Shown piece by piece: positions 12,180 through 26,305 of a stretch of 64,000 bases of DNA. A program made the translations under genes and the position numbers. This DNA is from Octopus sinensis. Taxonomy: Eukaryota. Every line of letters begins with the position of its first letter. Positions within the stretch are counted from its first letter, which is position 1. The notes beneath the pieces are model-generated. The model ran no database searches, was not told the DNA's origin, and saw nothing but the letters and a program-made list of their open reading frames with translations. The stretch covers positions 44,578,001-44,642,000 of the forward strand of contig NC_042997.1 of the NCBI RefSeq assembly GCF_006345805.1, in the 5' to 3' direction.

Positions 12180-12214
12180 GTTTCCGACGAAGAGCTCCGC
12201 TCGAAACGTTAAAC
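12180..12214 (+). ncRNA. Minimal hammerhead motif with CCGACGA (U4C) core, in a ~180-bp element (12130-12312) flanked by (TA)n
   Basis: gttt-CCGACGA-a-gagc tcc gctc-GAAA-CGT-T-aaac: stem I gttt/aaac, stem II gagc/gctc, palindromic stem III ACGT, GUU triplet. Confidence 0.65.
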
Positions 12215-12911
12215 CCTCCTTCCCTTCTTTCCTGAGCGTCAAATAATACTTTATTTGCTCCACGTCCTCGCGTTGCTGTGTTTTTTTCTGTGTTTTCTTG
12301 TTTGGATTAACTTTATATATATATATATATATATATAATCAGTGGACCCATGCTAATCTAGTATCAATGGGGCATGTGGAGTGCCAGATTAGTGAGTTTG
12401 CCACACCGCCAGTTGTTACATCAGCAACGTTAAGTTTACCCGACCACTTCATGCTACCATTTGAAATACCCTGTAAATCAGTATGAGTTGGTTGATAAAT
12501 TGAAAAGGAAACTTTAAGTGAAAAGCAAGTGAAATTTTAATGAAGAACACATAAAATCAAACGTGAAGTTACAACAATTCTGTCATTTCTATAGTGAAGA
12601 GCTGGAATTTACAGGTGAGTAGTTTTAAATATCAGGAAGTTGGCTGTCAGGATCACCATCTTCATCTTGGAAAGTGACTGTCACAGAATCTTCTCTGAGA
12701 ATTGGCAGTGATAGTGTCAGTGCATCTGTAGGAGCAGAAATTGATGGCATTCGATTTTCAAATATTAACTCCTCTGTTGCACATTTTTTAGCTATTTTTT
12801 AAAATTGTATCTTTACACTTTCCTCACCATATTTCTTTTAAAATACACTTTTTTTGTGTTTTGATCTATTTTGAAAATAAACAATTTAGAAGGTAACTTT
12901 GTCATTATTAA

Positions 12912-13131
12912 CCCTTTTGTTACCGTATTTATTTGGAGATGCTCTGCGTTTCTTTCAATTACTTTAAATAAAACAAAGAATTTAGTAAAATAACTTAGTT
13001 ATCATTAAGCTGGTGTTAGGAACATAAATTGTGACTAAGGTTTGGTGGAAGATTTTAATTCAGGACTTTTGAAAACAAGACATTTGTATTCAGAGCCAGA
13101 GCAGGTTTCAGCCGGGTTGGTAACGAAAGGG
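12912..13131 (+). mobile_element. piggyBac-type MITE E
   Basis: TIRs, TTAA TSD. Confidence 0.85.
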
Positions 13132-13696
13132 TTAAGCTGGTATTTGGAATATAAATTAACATGAATTTTTTGTGGAAAGTTTTAATTTAAATGGCATGTA
13201 TCATAGAACCCAGGGCTGTCTCTTGTTAGTTGATATTAAAAGGGTTATACTAAACCATGTCATATATTCTGGTTTTCCTTTGATTAATTTATCCTAAGTG
13301 TGTATAGGTTTCTTTATTTTGTCTTCTGTTATAAAACTATGTTGCCCTATAGCTTCTCAAAGTGGATGGTGCCAACTCCTGGAGGAGGCGGTGGAAAATT
13401 TTATATGGGTACTGGGTACAAAGAGTATACTGGAGCGTCGGGTGATAAATAAATGTTTTATTTACAATTTTTATTGTGTGTAAACCATCTGATAGTTTTA
13501 GTGACCATCTGTAAAGGGAAACAAAAATACGGGAATGGTACTGAACTATGTAAACCTAAATGTAGAAAGAGATGAGAATGGTCCCTACTGGAATAACTTA
13601 AGAGTGAACAACAACTTCATCAGTTTCCTCTGTTGGGTTTTCATAGTCCCAGGATTTTTTCTTTGCTTTGTAGCTCAGCCTGAATTGTTGAGTGGC

Positions 13697-14064
13697 CGAT
13701 GCCAGCGCTGCCTCGACTGGCTCCAGTGCCGGTGGCACATAAAAAAGCACTATCCGAACGTGACCGTTGCCAGTGCCGCCTTGACTGGCTTCCGTGCCTG
13801 TGGCACGTTAAAAGTTCCAACCGATCGTGGTCGATCCCAGACCCCAGACCCCCACTGGCACCTGTGCAGGTGGCATGTAAAAAGCACCCATTACACTCGC
13901 GGAGTGGTTGGCATTAGGAAGGGCATCCAGCTGTAGAAACTCTGCCAGATCAGACTGGAGCCTGGTGCAGCCCCTGGCTTCCCAGACCCCGGTCGAACTG
14001 TCCAACCCGTGCTAGCGCGGAAAACGGATGTTAAACGATGATGATGATGATGATGATGATGATG
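13697..14064 (+). mobile_element. Element C
   Basis: Family motif and tail. Confidence 0.8.
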
Positions 14065-14312
14065 AGTAAATTAGGAGAATCATTAGGAATGACTTGGTTA
14101 GTACTAAGTCAGCAAGAAATCAGTTTGGAAATTAAAGTTGTAGTAAAGTATTCTGTACTGTGAGGTTTTGTAGAGACTAAAGTTTTAGGAAATGTCCAAA
14201 TGTCATATTCAAGTTTATCTCATATCATAATATAATTTGATGATCACAAGGAAGTTTTTCTGTTCTTATTTCTAAAAATGTCTAGGATCATATAGAATCT
14301 GAGATGCATTGA

Positions 14313-14467
14313 TCATCATCATCATCATCATCATCGTTTAACGTCCGTTCTCCATGCTAGCATGGGTTGGACGGTTCGACCGGGGATCTGGGAAGCCAGA
14401 AGGATGCACCAGGCTCCAGTCTTATCTGGCAATGTTTCTACAGCTGGATGCCCTTCCTAATGCCAAC
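14313..14467 (-). mobile_element. Element C, short 3' piece
   Basis: Family motif and tail. Confidence 0.8.
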
Positions 14468-14895
14468 TTGATATTTTGAGGAATTGTTATCTCTTTCCCT
14501 TCCAAGCATACACACTCACAAACAAGATACAGGAGTTCCTTGCTTTACGGAAGTATTGCATTCCTGAAAATCTGGTCGTTATGTGAAATGAATCTTTTTA
14601 TTGACTTTTATTATTATTAAGTGAGATTGTGTTCTTATGGAATTTAAAAAAAAAAATAAAATAAAAAGAAGCACAAGAAAAGAAAGGAGAACAAGCAACA
14701 AGATCAGCTTTAATATATGAAAATAACTGTTTCTAAATATACAGAGTGTGATAGACATAAAGAATAGAAAATATTTAGAGGAATAAGTTAGAGAATTAAT
14801 AAGAATCATAATATTGTAAGAGTATGTTCTTACCACAAAAGATATTGATTACTGTGTGAGGAAGCGGTGGTGGAATGAGCAAAGTTGTATATATA

Positions 14896-15277
14896 TAACC
14901 AACCACATGGTTCTGGGTTCAGTCCCACTGCGTGGCACCTTGGCAAGTGTCTTCTACTATAGCCTCTGGCTGACCAAAGCCTTGTGAGTGGATTTGGTAG
15001 ACGGAAACTGAAAGAAGCCCGTCGTATATATGTATGTATATAAATATATATGCGTGTGTGTGTTTGTGTGTCTGTGTTTGTCCCCCTAGCATTGCTTGAC
15101 AACCGATGTTGGTGTGTTTATGTCCCCTTTACTTAGCGGTTCGGCAAAAAGAGACCGATAGAATAAGTACTGGGCTTACAAAAGAATAAGTCGCGGGGTC
15201 GAGTTGCTTGATTAAAGGCGATGCTCCAGCATGGCCGCAGTGAAATGACTGAAACAAGTAAAAGAGTAAAGAGAGTA
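14896..15277 (+). mobile_element. SINE B, 5'-truncated
   Basis: Matches family B. Confidence 0.85.
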
Positions 15278-16195
15278 TGATGTGATATGTTTGTGCTGTT
15301 ACATAACACTCTTAATTATTATTGTAAGCTCTGGCTGAACTGAGTCTGTGACCCAAATCTTGTTTCTTGTAACTATCTCAATTCACTTTACCAATGCCTG
15401 CCTCTTGGAATCTGTTGAGCTGATCATACATTAATTGATATCTTTTACTAAGAAAGGCCATGCATTTTTACATTAGTCTTTGCACTAGTTTGTGGTAGAA
15501 AGATAAAAGCATCTGTCTCCTCTGTCTCTCCCTCTTTCCTCTCTCTCTCTGTTTACTGGAGGTTGCCACGTATCTCCTTTACTGCAAGACACCTATTTCT
15601 GCCCCCCTCTACTCATATGCTGATTTCTGTTCTCTGTTCACAAAGCCATTCTCCTCAATGATACTACCCATTAAATTGTGGGATTTTGTCTTGTAAATTA
15701 TTTGGTGAACTCATTGCTGCCGGTGCCATGTAAAAAGTGCTCAGTACACATTGTAAAATGGTTGGTGTTAGGAAGGGTATCTAGCTTTAGAAACCAATTC
15801 CAAAGCAGACTGTTTTCTGACTTGCCAGCTCCTATCAGGCCTTTCAGTCCATACCAGCATGGATGATGGATGTTAAAGGATGAAGATGATAATTAAGTTT
15901 CTAATTTAAATTTACCTTTTGGCCAGTCGCCTATCAATTATGCTGGTTTGCCTTGTGGTTTGATTATGAGGGTCGACACTTCTGTTTTACTGTTTTCTTT
16001 ATGTGACAACAGGAGCGAAAAAAAAAGAAAAGAAATTAAGTTTTTTTTTTTTAACCTTGTTAAGTTAGACTTTCAGGTAACGAAGTGGGATTAATTAACT
16101 TTATTTCTAAGAACAAACATTTGAATCCAAAGGCATAGTCTCTGTTACTAAGTTTATATCGTTGAAATATTTCATTTGAAATCATTCATACATAT

Positions 16196-16595
16196 ACTCT
16201 TTTACTCTTTTACTTGTTTCAGTCATTTGACTGCGGCCATGCTGGAGCACCGCCTTCAGTCGAGCAAATCGACCCCGGGACTTATTCTTTGTAAGCCCAG
16301 TACTTATTCTATCGGTCTCTTTTGCCGAACCGCTAAGTGACGGGGACGTAAACACACCAGCATCAGTTGTCAAGCAATGCTAGGGGGACAAACACAAACA
16401 CATACACACACACACATATATATATATATATACGACGGGCTTCTTTCAGTTTCCGTCTACCAAATCCACTCACAAGGCATTGATTGGCCTGGGGCTATAG
16501 CAAAAGACATTTGCCCAAGATGCCACGTAGTGGGACTGAACCCGGAACCATGTGGTTGGTTAGCAAGCTACTTACCACACAGCCACTCCTGCGCC
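16196..16595 (-). mobile_element. SINE B
   Basis: Full length. Confidence 0.85.
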
Positions 16596-17146
16596 TATGT
16601 TGGTAAAATGATTAACAACATTTTCTGGCAAGGTGTCTTCTGTGTGTGTGTGTGTGTTCTTCTGTCTCTCTCTCACACACACACATATACACACAATCCT
16701 AATCTTAATCTTTGTTTGCCTATCCCCAACATCTCCCTGTGTTTAGTCTTTCTCAATGTTGTTTTCATATTTTTATTTTGTCTCTCCCTCTCATTCTCTC
16801 TTGCTTTCTTTCTTTCTTTGTTTTCTCTGTATTTTTTACCTTATTATCTTCGACCATAATGATAAAGAAAATAATTTTTAAAATGGTGGTCACCCTTCCA
16901 AAATGTCTCTCATTTTTCTTAAATATAGAAAGCTTAATGATTTTAGCTGTAATTGTTTTTGGCAGGAGTAATACATCTAAATTTTATCTCAAACATTAAT
17001 GCCATCCATCTTAACCAAATATGTGGAAGAACCTTTAAGAAACCTTTCTTTTGTGACCCAAAACAATGAATCCCAAATTTTGGAATACATCATTCTCTCA
17101 TTTTATTCTTTAAATATTATTAGCTTTTTGAGAGTAAACATACATA

Positions 17147-17563
17147 ATCGCAGGAGTGGCTGTGTAGTAAGTAGCTTGCTTACCAACCACATAGTTCTGG
17201 GTTCAGTCCCACTGCGTGGCATCTTGGGCAAGTGTCTTCTACTATAGCCCCGGGCCGACCAATGCCTTGTGAGTGGATTTGGTAGACGGAAACTAAAAGA
17301 AGCCTGTCGTATATGTGTATATATATATATATATATGCGTGTGTGTATGTTTGTGTGTTTGTGTGTTTGTCCCCCTAGCATTGCTTGACAACCGATGCTG
17401 GTGTGTTTGCGTCCCCATCACCTAGCGGTTCGATAAAAGAGACCGATAGAATAAGTACTGGGCTTACAAAGAATAAGTCCTGGGGGTCGATTTGCTCGAC
17501 TAAAGGCGGTGCTCCAGCATGGCCGCAGTCAAATGACTGAAACAAGTAAAAGAGGGTAAAGAG
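17147..17563 (+). mobile_element. SINE B
   Basis: Full length. Confidence 0.85.
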
Positions 17564-17759
17564 TCATGCCATATAGTTTCAAAACAAAGTAATGAGCAGA
17601 ATTGAGATTCAAAAGGTGGAGGAAATATTATTCTGTTTGGTGAATATGAGTCATAGTAAAAAGAAATGTTTTGTTCATATATATAGTTAGATACACCATA
17701 AAATCTTGGCATCAAAAGATTTATTAAATATATATATATGTCTTGAAATTTTTTTTCCA

Positions 17760-18290
17760 TCATAATCATCATCATCATCATCATCATCATATCATCTCCA
17801 TTTTTCTTTGCTTGTACGGCTTAGATGGGTTTCTTCTAGCATTGCATCTCACTTCTTGATGCAGTTCTTTGTCATCTCTGTGACATTCAGCCTCTTCAGA
17901 TCATCTTCCTCTGCTTCTCCTCGTATCTTCTTTGGTTTGCCTCTTCTATAATGTCCTTGGATTTTGGGCACTTCATTATCCCACTGTCTCCTTTCAAACA
18001 CATCTAACGTCAATGCTAGCTCAGTCTTACCCTCTTGCAGTCTCTATTGAGTCTCCCTCATACACAATTTTTATTTAATTTCAGCTCATTTGTATTCAAT
18101 TATTCATGCACACACTAACATTATACATCCAGCAGAGTATGTTCACTTCAGTTCTTTCCTTCCTTCACACTCTCTGCATTCAGTGTCAATGTTTTGCCAT
18201 CATACAGTATCACACATTGTACACAAGTAACTTACAATTTGTCCTTCAAAGATAATACTCCTTGAACTTCACCTACCCCATTCTTACTCT
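17760..18290 (-). mobile_element. Old RTE 3' fragment with (GAT)n tail
   Basis: Degenerate CVQCVILY, TEVNILCWMYNVSV and RRGKPKK motifs on the minus strand; ATC repeat 17760-17796. Confidence 0.5.
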
Positions 18291-18442
18291 GGTTGTTATA
18301 CTCTTAGAACACTCTTAATTTGTCAGCTTTCAGTTCTAAGTTTTTTCCTTGTGTTTTGAAGCTATTGAATATATATATATTAGCTTGTGAAACCTTACTT
18401 TGGTAACCAAAGATGAAACCATACATTGAAATTGTTTTGCTT

Positions 18443-18750
18443 TGGCACGTAAAAAGCACCATCCGACCGTGGCCGTTTGCCAGCCTCGCCTGGCCTCCGT
18501 GCCGGTGGCACGTAAAAAGCACCAATCCGACCGTGGCCGTTTGCCAGCCTCGTCTGGCACCTGTACCGGTGGCACGTAAAAAGCACCCACTACACTCATG
18601 GAGTGGTTGGCATTAGGAAGGGCATCCAGCCATAGAAACATTGCCAGATCAGACTGGGCCTGGTGCAGCCTTCTGGCTTCCCAGACCCCAGTTGCACCGT
18701 CCAACCCATGAAAGCGGACGCTAAACGATGATGATGATGATGATGATGAT
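18443..18750 (+). mobile_element. Element C
   Basis: Family motif and tail. Confidence 0.8.
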
Positions 18751-19676
18751 GCAGGTACCATTTTAAAATACATATCTACTTTTTCATCATCCTCTCAATT
18801 TGCACAGAAATTCTAAGTGTTTCTTGCCAGAATACCTATTCATTTAATTCCACATCTTTCTATCAGTTTTGTTGCTAAGTAAAGTTAGTATAGAAACAAA
18901 ACTTGAATGTCTGAGATAGTTGCTATTAATAAAATAAGTACATCTACACTACATTTGGATTGGTTTGATCTTTAGTTATCATCTGGTCACTTACTCCTGG
19001 TTTCTTCATAAAACTGGCTGGTTTCAGCGTAAAACAATATTTGGGCTGATATGACCTGTTTAAGGGTTAATGGTATCACTCTATTAAACGAATATAATGA
19101 ACTAATATTACAACTACTCTGTTACTATATATTATTTACAAACTAACATTTTAAAGATAAGTTATAGCCAGAATAGTTTGGGTTTTCTAGTTATTAGCTT
19201 CATTTTCACCCCCACTTTTATTTCTTTCTGTCTTTGTTTCAAAGCACAATGTCATCATAAACCACTGAAAATGTTCTGTAGTTTGAAAAACAGAGACGTA
19301 GGCAATGGCCTTGAAAATACAAACAACTTTGTCTCTTTTTTTTCTTTTTCTTTTGTACTATTTAAAATTTATTTAGTGTTCTAAACTGAAATAATTTCTA
19401 CATTTATGCTCTACAGGAGCATATCCCGTTAAAATACTAGAAGTCAACACCTGAACTGTAATGTGAAAGTGAAACTTGCCAACTAATCAAATTCAGTGAA
19501 ACTGAGTTATATACCTTGTTGAAAAACAATGTTAAGCTTTCGGAAAATTTGAGCTCCTAGCTATGCATTAAGTATGGTAACCTCGTCTGTGTCATGATCT
19601 TGTATTGGAGTCTAAACAATAGACTACTCTATTCCTCTTTCAATCTGTGACCTTTTATCAATGTGAGAAATTGGAT

Positions 19677-20060
19677 GGAAGCACTCCATCGATTACGACG
19701 ACGAGGGTTCCGGTTGATCCGAATCAACGGAACAGCCTGCTCGTGAAATTAACGTGTAAGTGGCTGAGCACTCCACAGACACGTGTACCCTTAACATAGT
19801 TCTCAGGGATATTCAGCATGACACAGAGAGTGACAAGGCCGGCCCTTTGAAATACAGGTACAACAGAAACAGGAAGTAAGAGTGAGAGAAAGTTGTGGTG
19901 AAAGAGTACAGCAGGGATCACCACCATCCCCTGCCGGAGCCTCGTGGAGCTTTAGGTGTTTTCGCTCAATAAACACTCACAACGCCCGGTCTGGGAATCG
20001 AAACCGCGATCCTACGACCGCGAGTCCGCTGCCCTAACCACTGGGCCATTGCGCCTCCAC
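19677..20060 (-). mobile_element. SINE A
   Basis: TSD tgtgagaaatt. Confidence 0.9.
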
Positions 20061-20249
20061 TGTGAGAAATTATTTGCATGGACAACTGTTGTTAGTATAC
20101 CTTACTTCTCTTCACAGTTGAATGGTAATCATTAAAAGGCATCTAGATGTAAAAATAGTTGCATAGACAAAACCTATTCAAAACCTGGTATTAGAACAAA
20201 GCCTTCGGTTGGCATTAACTCGTATCTGAGTAGTTAATCTGTTGTGAGT

Positions 20250-20790
20250 GATTGAGCCTCTTCATCCTAATAAGTACAAAGGGTGCCAGTACCTGAGCTG
20301 GCTGTTCAGGCCAAGGGTGGTATAGAAGAGCCAGGGGAATTTATCTCAGGGGTAGGGTACATTGAAGTGCAAGTCACTCCTTGTGTCTTTGACATCTGAT
20401 TTTTGTCTCTTGATGTCTGTTATTTTGGATCTGGTCTATGCCCTTGACAATGGCATGCCACCACTTTAGGCGGTCCTTGGCGATTGTCTCCCAAATATTT
20501 GGGTCTATGGAGCAGTAGAGGAGAGTGGTCTTAGGCTGGTCTCGGAAACAGAATTTGGGAGCTCTGCATGGTCTGGTGCCTGAGGCCAACTTTACAAAGT
20601 GGAGTTGGCAGGGAAGCACATTTGAAGTATACAGATGATGTGGCCCAACCAGCAGAGGCAGTGTCATGCCATGGTAGCTTGAATACTAGGGTGTTTGACC
20701 TGGAACAGAACCACTTCATTGGTAATACAGTCCTTCCATCAAATCCTCATGATTGCATGAAGTTTGTACTGTTGGAAATGTTTGATTTTC
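20250..20790 (-). mobile_element. Degenerate RTE (BovB-like) ORF C-terminus
   Basis: CWLGHII...LASGTRPCRAPKFCFRDQ...IDPNIWETIAKDRLKWWHAIVKG. Confidence 0.7.
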
Positions 20791-21171
20791 TTCGTTGATA
20801 CATGAGCTCACCATCGAAACACTACATTAACACCCTGTTAAATCACATGATGGATTAAGTCTAATACCCAAGTACTTAAGAATACAAACAGCTGCAACAA
20901 ATACTGTTTGATATTTTATCCAGTAGTCTAATAATTCTGCCAATCCACTGTCCTTTAATTGATGCTTTCATTTATTGACCCCAAAAAGGATGAAAAGCAA
21001 TGTAGACCTTAACAGGATTTGAACTCAGACTACAGTGAAATGGAATAAATACTATAGGTATTTTGTACTATTCTCAAACAACTCTACCAATTTACCAACT
21101 GTGGTAAATTGTTCAGAGATTTGACATCAATGCTACTGAACAGGAAAGACAACACTTGGACAAAGTTTAGA

Positions 21172-21498
21172 ATGGCACGTAAAAAGCACCATCCGAATCG
21201 TGGCCAATGCCAGTGCCGCATCGACTGGCTTCCGTGTCGGTGGTACGTAAAAAGCACCATCCGAATCGTGGCCGAAGTCAGTGCCGCCTCGACTGGCTTC
21301 CGTGCCGGTGGCACGTAAAAGGCACCCACTACACTCACGGAGTGGTTGGCGTTAGGAAGGGCATCCAGCTGTAGAAACATAGCCAGATAAGACCGGAGCC
21401 TGGTGCAGCCTTCTGGCTTCCCAGACCCCAGTTGAACCGTCCAACCCATGCTAACATGGAGAATGGACGTTAAACGATGATGATGATGATGATGATGA
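21172..21498 (+). mobile_element. Element C
   Basis: Family motif and tail. Confidence 0.8.
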
Positions 21499-23193
21499 TT
21501 AAGCTGTAGATAGGAGTAAACTTGACTCACATTTTCTGAATTCTAACATAAAGGTTGTTTAAGAGTACAAAGTGATGGTGTTAGAAGCTTTTACTAATGT
21601 TGTTATAGTTTCCTATTCTTCTTTATTTGAATGTTGTAAACATCTTTTTGTCTTGATTAGTTATGTAGTTTTGAAGTTTTTTTTTTTGTCTCTTGGTTTC
21701 ATACTTACATTTGTCTGATGCTGTCAAACTGTCCAACCCATGCCAGCATAGAAGGCAGTCAGTCATTACAAGATGATGATGATGATGATGATGGTCTCTA
21801 TAATTTGTTGGGGTAACTTAATTTGAGAGATGAACAAACTGCGACCTGTGGGACTTCCAAAAATTAGTTAAAATTGTGTTAGTTGTTGGTCTGTCTCCTG
21901 ATGAGTCATATTGGCCCACCTCTTGAAAATGATAGCTCATGCCTTGTCTAGATCATATAGTGGACAATTGAACAATGGAATTTTAAATTTAAGTGACTAC
22001 CAAGAAGAGCATCCAAACATGTGTGTGTGTAATTAGCACAAACTACCATCTTGTCATCAGCTTCCCTTAGCAAAGGAATTTTAACCTTGAAATATTGAAA
22101 TATAAAGTAAAAAGGTGTAGATAGTTGTTTTGTCTTTTGTTTGTTTTCATTCTTATTTTCTATCTTGCTTTGCAATGGCTGTCTAAAACAATTGTGTGTG
22201 TGTGTGTGTGTGTGTGTGTTTCTGTTGATATCATCACAAACCACGAATTTAGAAACACATCTGTTTGTTCACTTTGCTTGTAAAAGAAAAACAAGCTTGA
22301 ACTTCTATCAGGTCATAATCATTGAATTTATTTATAGATTACTTTAAGTGATTTCCCAGTTAGTAATTGTAAATGTGAAGGAAGTCGATATTTGCCTTAT
22401 CACTCTGACTTTTTCCACATCTTTGACACACAACTCATAGTCTGATTATTTTTCTGTTTCTCTGACTAGATTTGATACTGTTGTTGGCAAAAGTCTGTGT
22501 GTGTGTGTCTCTCTCTCTCTCTCACACACACACAATCATACACACACACTCACACATAGTCCCTGTCTGTTTTTCAGTTACTTTAGGCATTGTTCATGCA
22601 TTGTTGAGTGATGTTAGCTTATCATGTGCTTAATACTGAGTTATTTAATGTCTTCCACTAGCAGTATGAGCAAGGGAACCTGTAGATGCTCCCTTTCTGT
22701 TTGGTCATGTGTGGCTGTGTTGTAGGTACTCTGTGTTAACTGGTTTATTACTATTTTGTGGTCCATACAGCTACTTTAGTATATTTTGCTCTGTGGCTTT
22801 TGTTGAGGTTATTCTGATATATGTTTGTTGACACACCCTGCACTTCCTTAAAAGTGTCAGGGGGTAAAAAAAAAGTGAAGAAGAAGCTACCAGGAAATTC
22901 TTTCTTAATGTTTAAGACTCCCACATCTTGTCATCATTATAATTGTTTTGACATCCACTTTCCATGTTTGCATGGGTCAGGCGGAGTTTACTGAGACAGA
23001 TTTTCTGCAGCCAGATGTTCTTCCTGTTGTCAACCCTCACCTCTTTTCAAACAAGCTAATTATTTCTCCATAGCCAGACTTTGCTCTTGAAAAATACTGG
23101 CAATGAATGACGTTGCTAATCATTTGTAACTTTAATGTTATGATGTCAAGATAAGGAGACACAAACATGCACACACACACACATGTATGAATG

Positions 23194-23254
<61 letters not shown>

Positions 23255-23920
23255 CTGTATGCTGAACTTTCAGTTTTCATCTGCCAAATCCACTCCTTAT
23301 TCTGTTTTCTAAGATATAATTGTTTGAAGCCTTAATCTATAGTCCACTCCTACTCAAATTTAACTGTGAAAGGTGGCTTCTGCACATATGTTTATTCCAC
23401 TCCTCTCTCTCTTGCTTAGATAACTGTAACCAGACCAGGATTTTCAGTCAACCTCATTCAAATCCTACTTTCTCCTTTCTTCTTCTAAATACATCTGTCT
23501 TCCTCAATGGCTCTCTGAATGCCTTCAACCACCAAATCTTTGATCATATTTCTTCTTGCATTGAGAACATCTGTCCTACTTCACCCTTCTCTAAGCACAC
23601 CATCGTCCATGACTCAATGTTCACAACTCTTCTTGGCTTTCTTACTCACTCATTCCACACAGATTCATTGGGTACAATGACCAAATTTTCTGCAATCCTT
23701 AATTCTTTTCATAAAGTAGTGATAAGCAGATACTTTTAAAGTGCTATGTTAAGATGCAAAATCACTGCTGCCAAAACTGTTATTGGTTTTAGATAAAGCT
23801 CATTACTGAATTTAAAATAACAAAATCAATGGAAAATGGAGGTGTTGGGTTAAAATCTTGAATTGTTTGATTGTCTTGTTTTAAATTTTTAATCTATTTC
23901 TAAAAAAAAAATGCATCCAA

Positions 23921-24274
23921 TGCGCAGGAGTGGCTGTGTGGTAAGTAGCTTGCTAACCAACCACATGGTTCCGGGTTCAGTCCCACTGCCTGGCATCTTG
24001 GGCAAGTGTCTTCTGCTATAGCCCCGGGCCGACCAATGCCTTGTGAGTGGATTTGGTAGACGGAAACTGAAAGAAGTCTGTCGTATATATGTATATATAA
24101 TATATATATGTGTGTTTGTCCCCCTAGCATTGCTTGACAACAGCGGTTCGGCAAAAGAGACCAATAGAATAAGTACTGGGCTTACAAAGAATAAGTCCCG
24201 GGGTCGAGTTGCTCGACTAAAGGCGGTGCTCCAGCTTGGCCGCAGTCAAATGACTGAAACAAGTAAAAGAGTAA
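23921..24274 (+). mobile_element. SINE B with internal deletion
   Basis: Matches family B. Confidence 0.85.
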
Positions 24275-25637
24275 CTTAGATGTTTATTCTGATGAGTATT
24301 TTCCTCCTCTGCACTCATATCTGACTGGCATACAGAGTCTAAGTAGCCTTGATCTCTTTCTCATCTGCAGACCCAGCCTTTACCAAACTATTAGTCATAT
24401 TGATGAAAAATATCAAACAAAAACCTATAAGTCTGAATAATGTAGAAAATTCAAAATTCAAAGTATTAAGCATTCTCATTGGCATTTCACAATTTAATTA
24501 TGCTCAGGTTTACCATAGGTTTCAGTCTGGTTTCTGCTACCTTAGTCAACGATTAATATCATTTCCATTTCTTCCTTGCAAGTACAGAAGACAACTTAAG
24601 ATATGTTTTGATCAAATATTCTTCTTAAGCCATTCAAGTACATCTTGGTCAGAATGTTTGCAATATAATGAGAATTTTCTAGACTTTCGAATAAAGCTTC
24701 TGTTTGTGATAAAGAGACTTCTTATGCACAAAGACACATTTTGCAAAGAAATGTATACAGACAAAATAATTAAGACCAGTATTTATTTTATTGATCTCTT
24801 GACTCAGAGATAATATTGACTGCAATATACTTTATCACAGATTGGTGAGAAGTGAAATTACATTTTGTAAAGTCCATGTACCATTTCTACCACTTGTCAC
24901 TATGAATTATGTGTTTGATATATTTAATATGATTTTTAGTTATAAGTTATAAAGTAATAAATATTTGGAATTTTAGAAATGAATTTTTATTATTGTCTGC
25001 TTTTAAAAAACTTTGTATCCGCTGGCACAAATAAGGAAATTTGTTCTTGTTGAAGATCCATGATAGAGAAGTCTTGTTAATGATTGATGGTTTGACAAGT
25101 TACAGTAAAAAATGTAAATTCTCATAAATCTATTGGTGTACTTGTGTAAGAAAGAGATTTAGTTATAAAATATTTACTTCAATAATTCCTATGCAAATGT
25201 CCAAATTTACTGTGGCAGAATTCCATTTAAGTTAGCTCAGAAAAGGATTTAAATATTTAAATCTAGAATCCAAGAAAACTGGTGATAGTCTGCATTGGCA
25301 ATATTTAATCCAGTGGAGAATTCATAGTAAGTTGGTAATTCATAATAAGTTGCCTTGGGGAATGTAAAGTCTCCAGACTTGCTACTACCAATAGTAATTG
25401 AATTTACCAAGATTGTATAATCTCTCCTAATCTCATAGAATGGTTTAGACGTGTACCGGTGAAACAGTTATTGCAATACAGTGTCCTGATCTACAAACAA
25501 TATATTCCCTCAAACAGTAGATTATTTCTCATGAAAGGATCATCTTCCACTTTCTCTATTTTGTTTTGTTCAATCAATTGTTCTGTCTTCACCTTTGATT
25601 CCTTTTCTCACATACATATATATATATATATATATAC

Positions 25638-26305
25638 ACCACTGATGCTATATTCCTGGTAAGACAGCTGCAGGAGAAGTACCTAGTCAAAAGTAAACAC
25701 CTGTACTTGGCTTTTGTTGACATGGAGAAAGCCTTTGACAAGGTTATCTGATGGTCATTGCGAAAACTAGGGCTAGAGGAGTGACTGATGAGAGCTGTGC
25801 AAGCCATGTACAGGGATGTTGTTAGTAAGGTGAGGGTTGGCAATGAATATAGTGATGAATTCAGTGTACAAGTAGGAGTTCACCAAGGATCAATCCTTAA
25901 CTCCCTCTTGTTTATCGTAGTCCTCCAGGCAATAACAGAGGAGTTTAAGTTGGGCTGCCTTTGAGGGCTCTTCTATGCTGATGACCTTGTTTTTATAGTT
26001 GACTTGATACCAGAATTAAAGAAAAAATTTCAGGAGTGGAATCAAGGGCTGGAATCAAAAAACCTTAGAGTTAATTTAGCAGTGTGCATGTACAACAGAG
26101 TGTATGCATCTTGAGAGAAAAGTTGGGCATAAGAGGCATCATATGTGGTGTGCAAGAGAGACGACTGTGTTAGTATGGTTATGTAATGCATATGGATGAG
26201 GACAGTTGCGTAAAGAAGTGCTGGTCTCTAACTGTGGAAGAGGTAGGCCCAGGAAGACATGGGACAAGGTGGGGAAGCATGATCTTTGAATGTGGGGTCT
26301 CACTA
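25638..26305 (+). mobile_element. RTE-clade LINE RT fragment, internally deleted
   Basis: TTDAIFLVRQLQEKY...AFVDMEKAFDKV...GVHQGSILNSLLF...YADDL, then RMDEDSCVKKC...GRPRKTW; contains stops. Confidence 0.85.

Noticed and set aside
21899-21935. CTGATGA...GAAA hammerhead-like words
   Set aside because: No pairing for stems I-III; other isolated CTGATGA hits (24287, 37136, 39167) also lack GAAA and stems.
24349-25480. 154-aa plus ORF and protein-like minus-strand frames
   Set aside because: No motif I can name and no convincing splice sites; may be an old transposase relic and needs a translated search.
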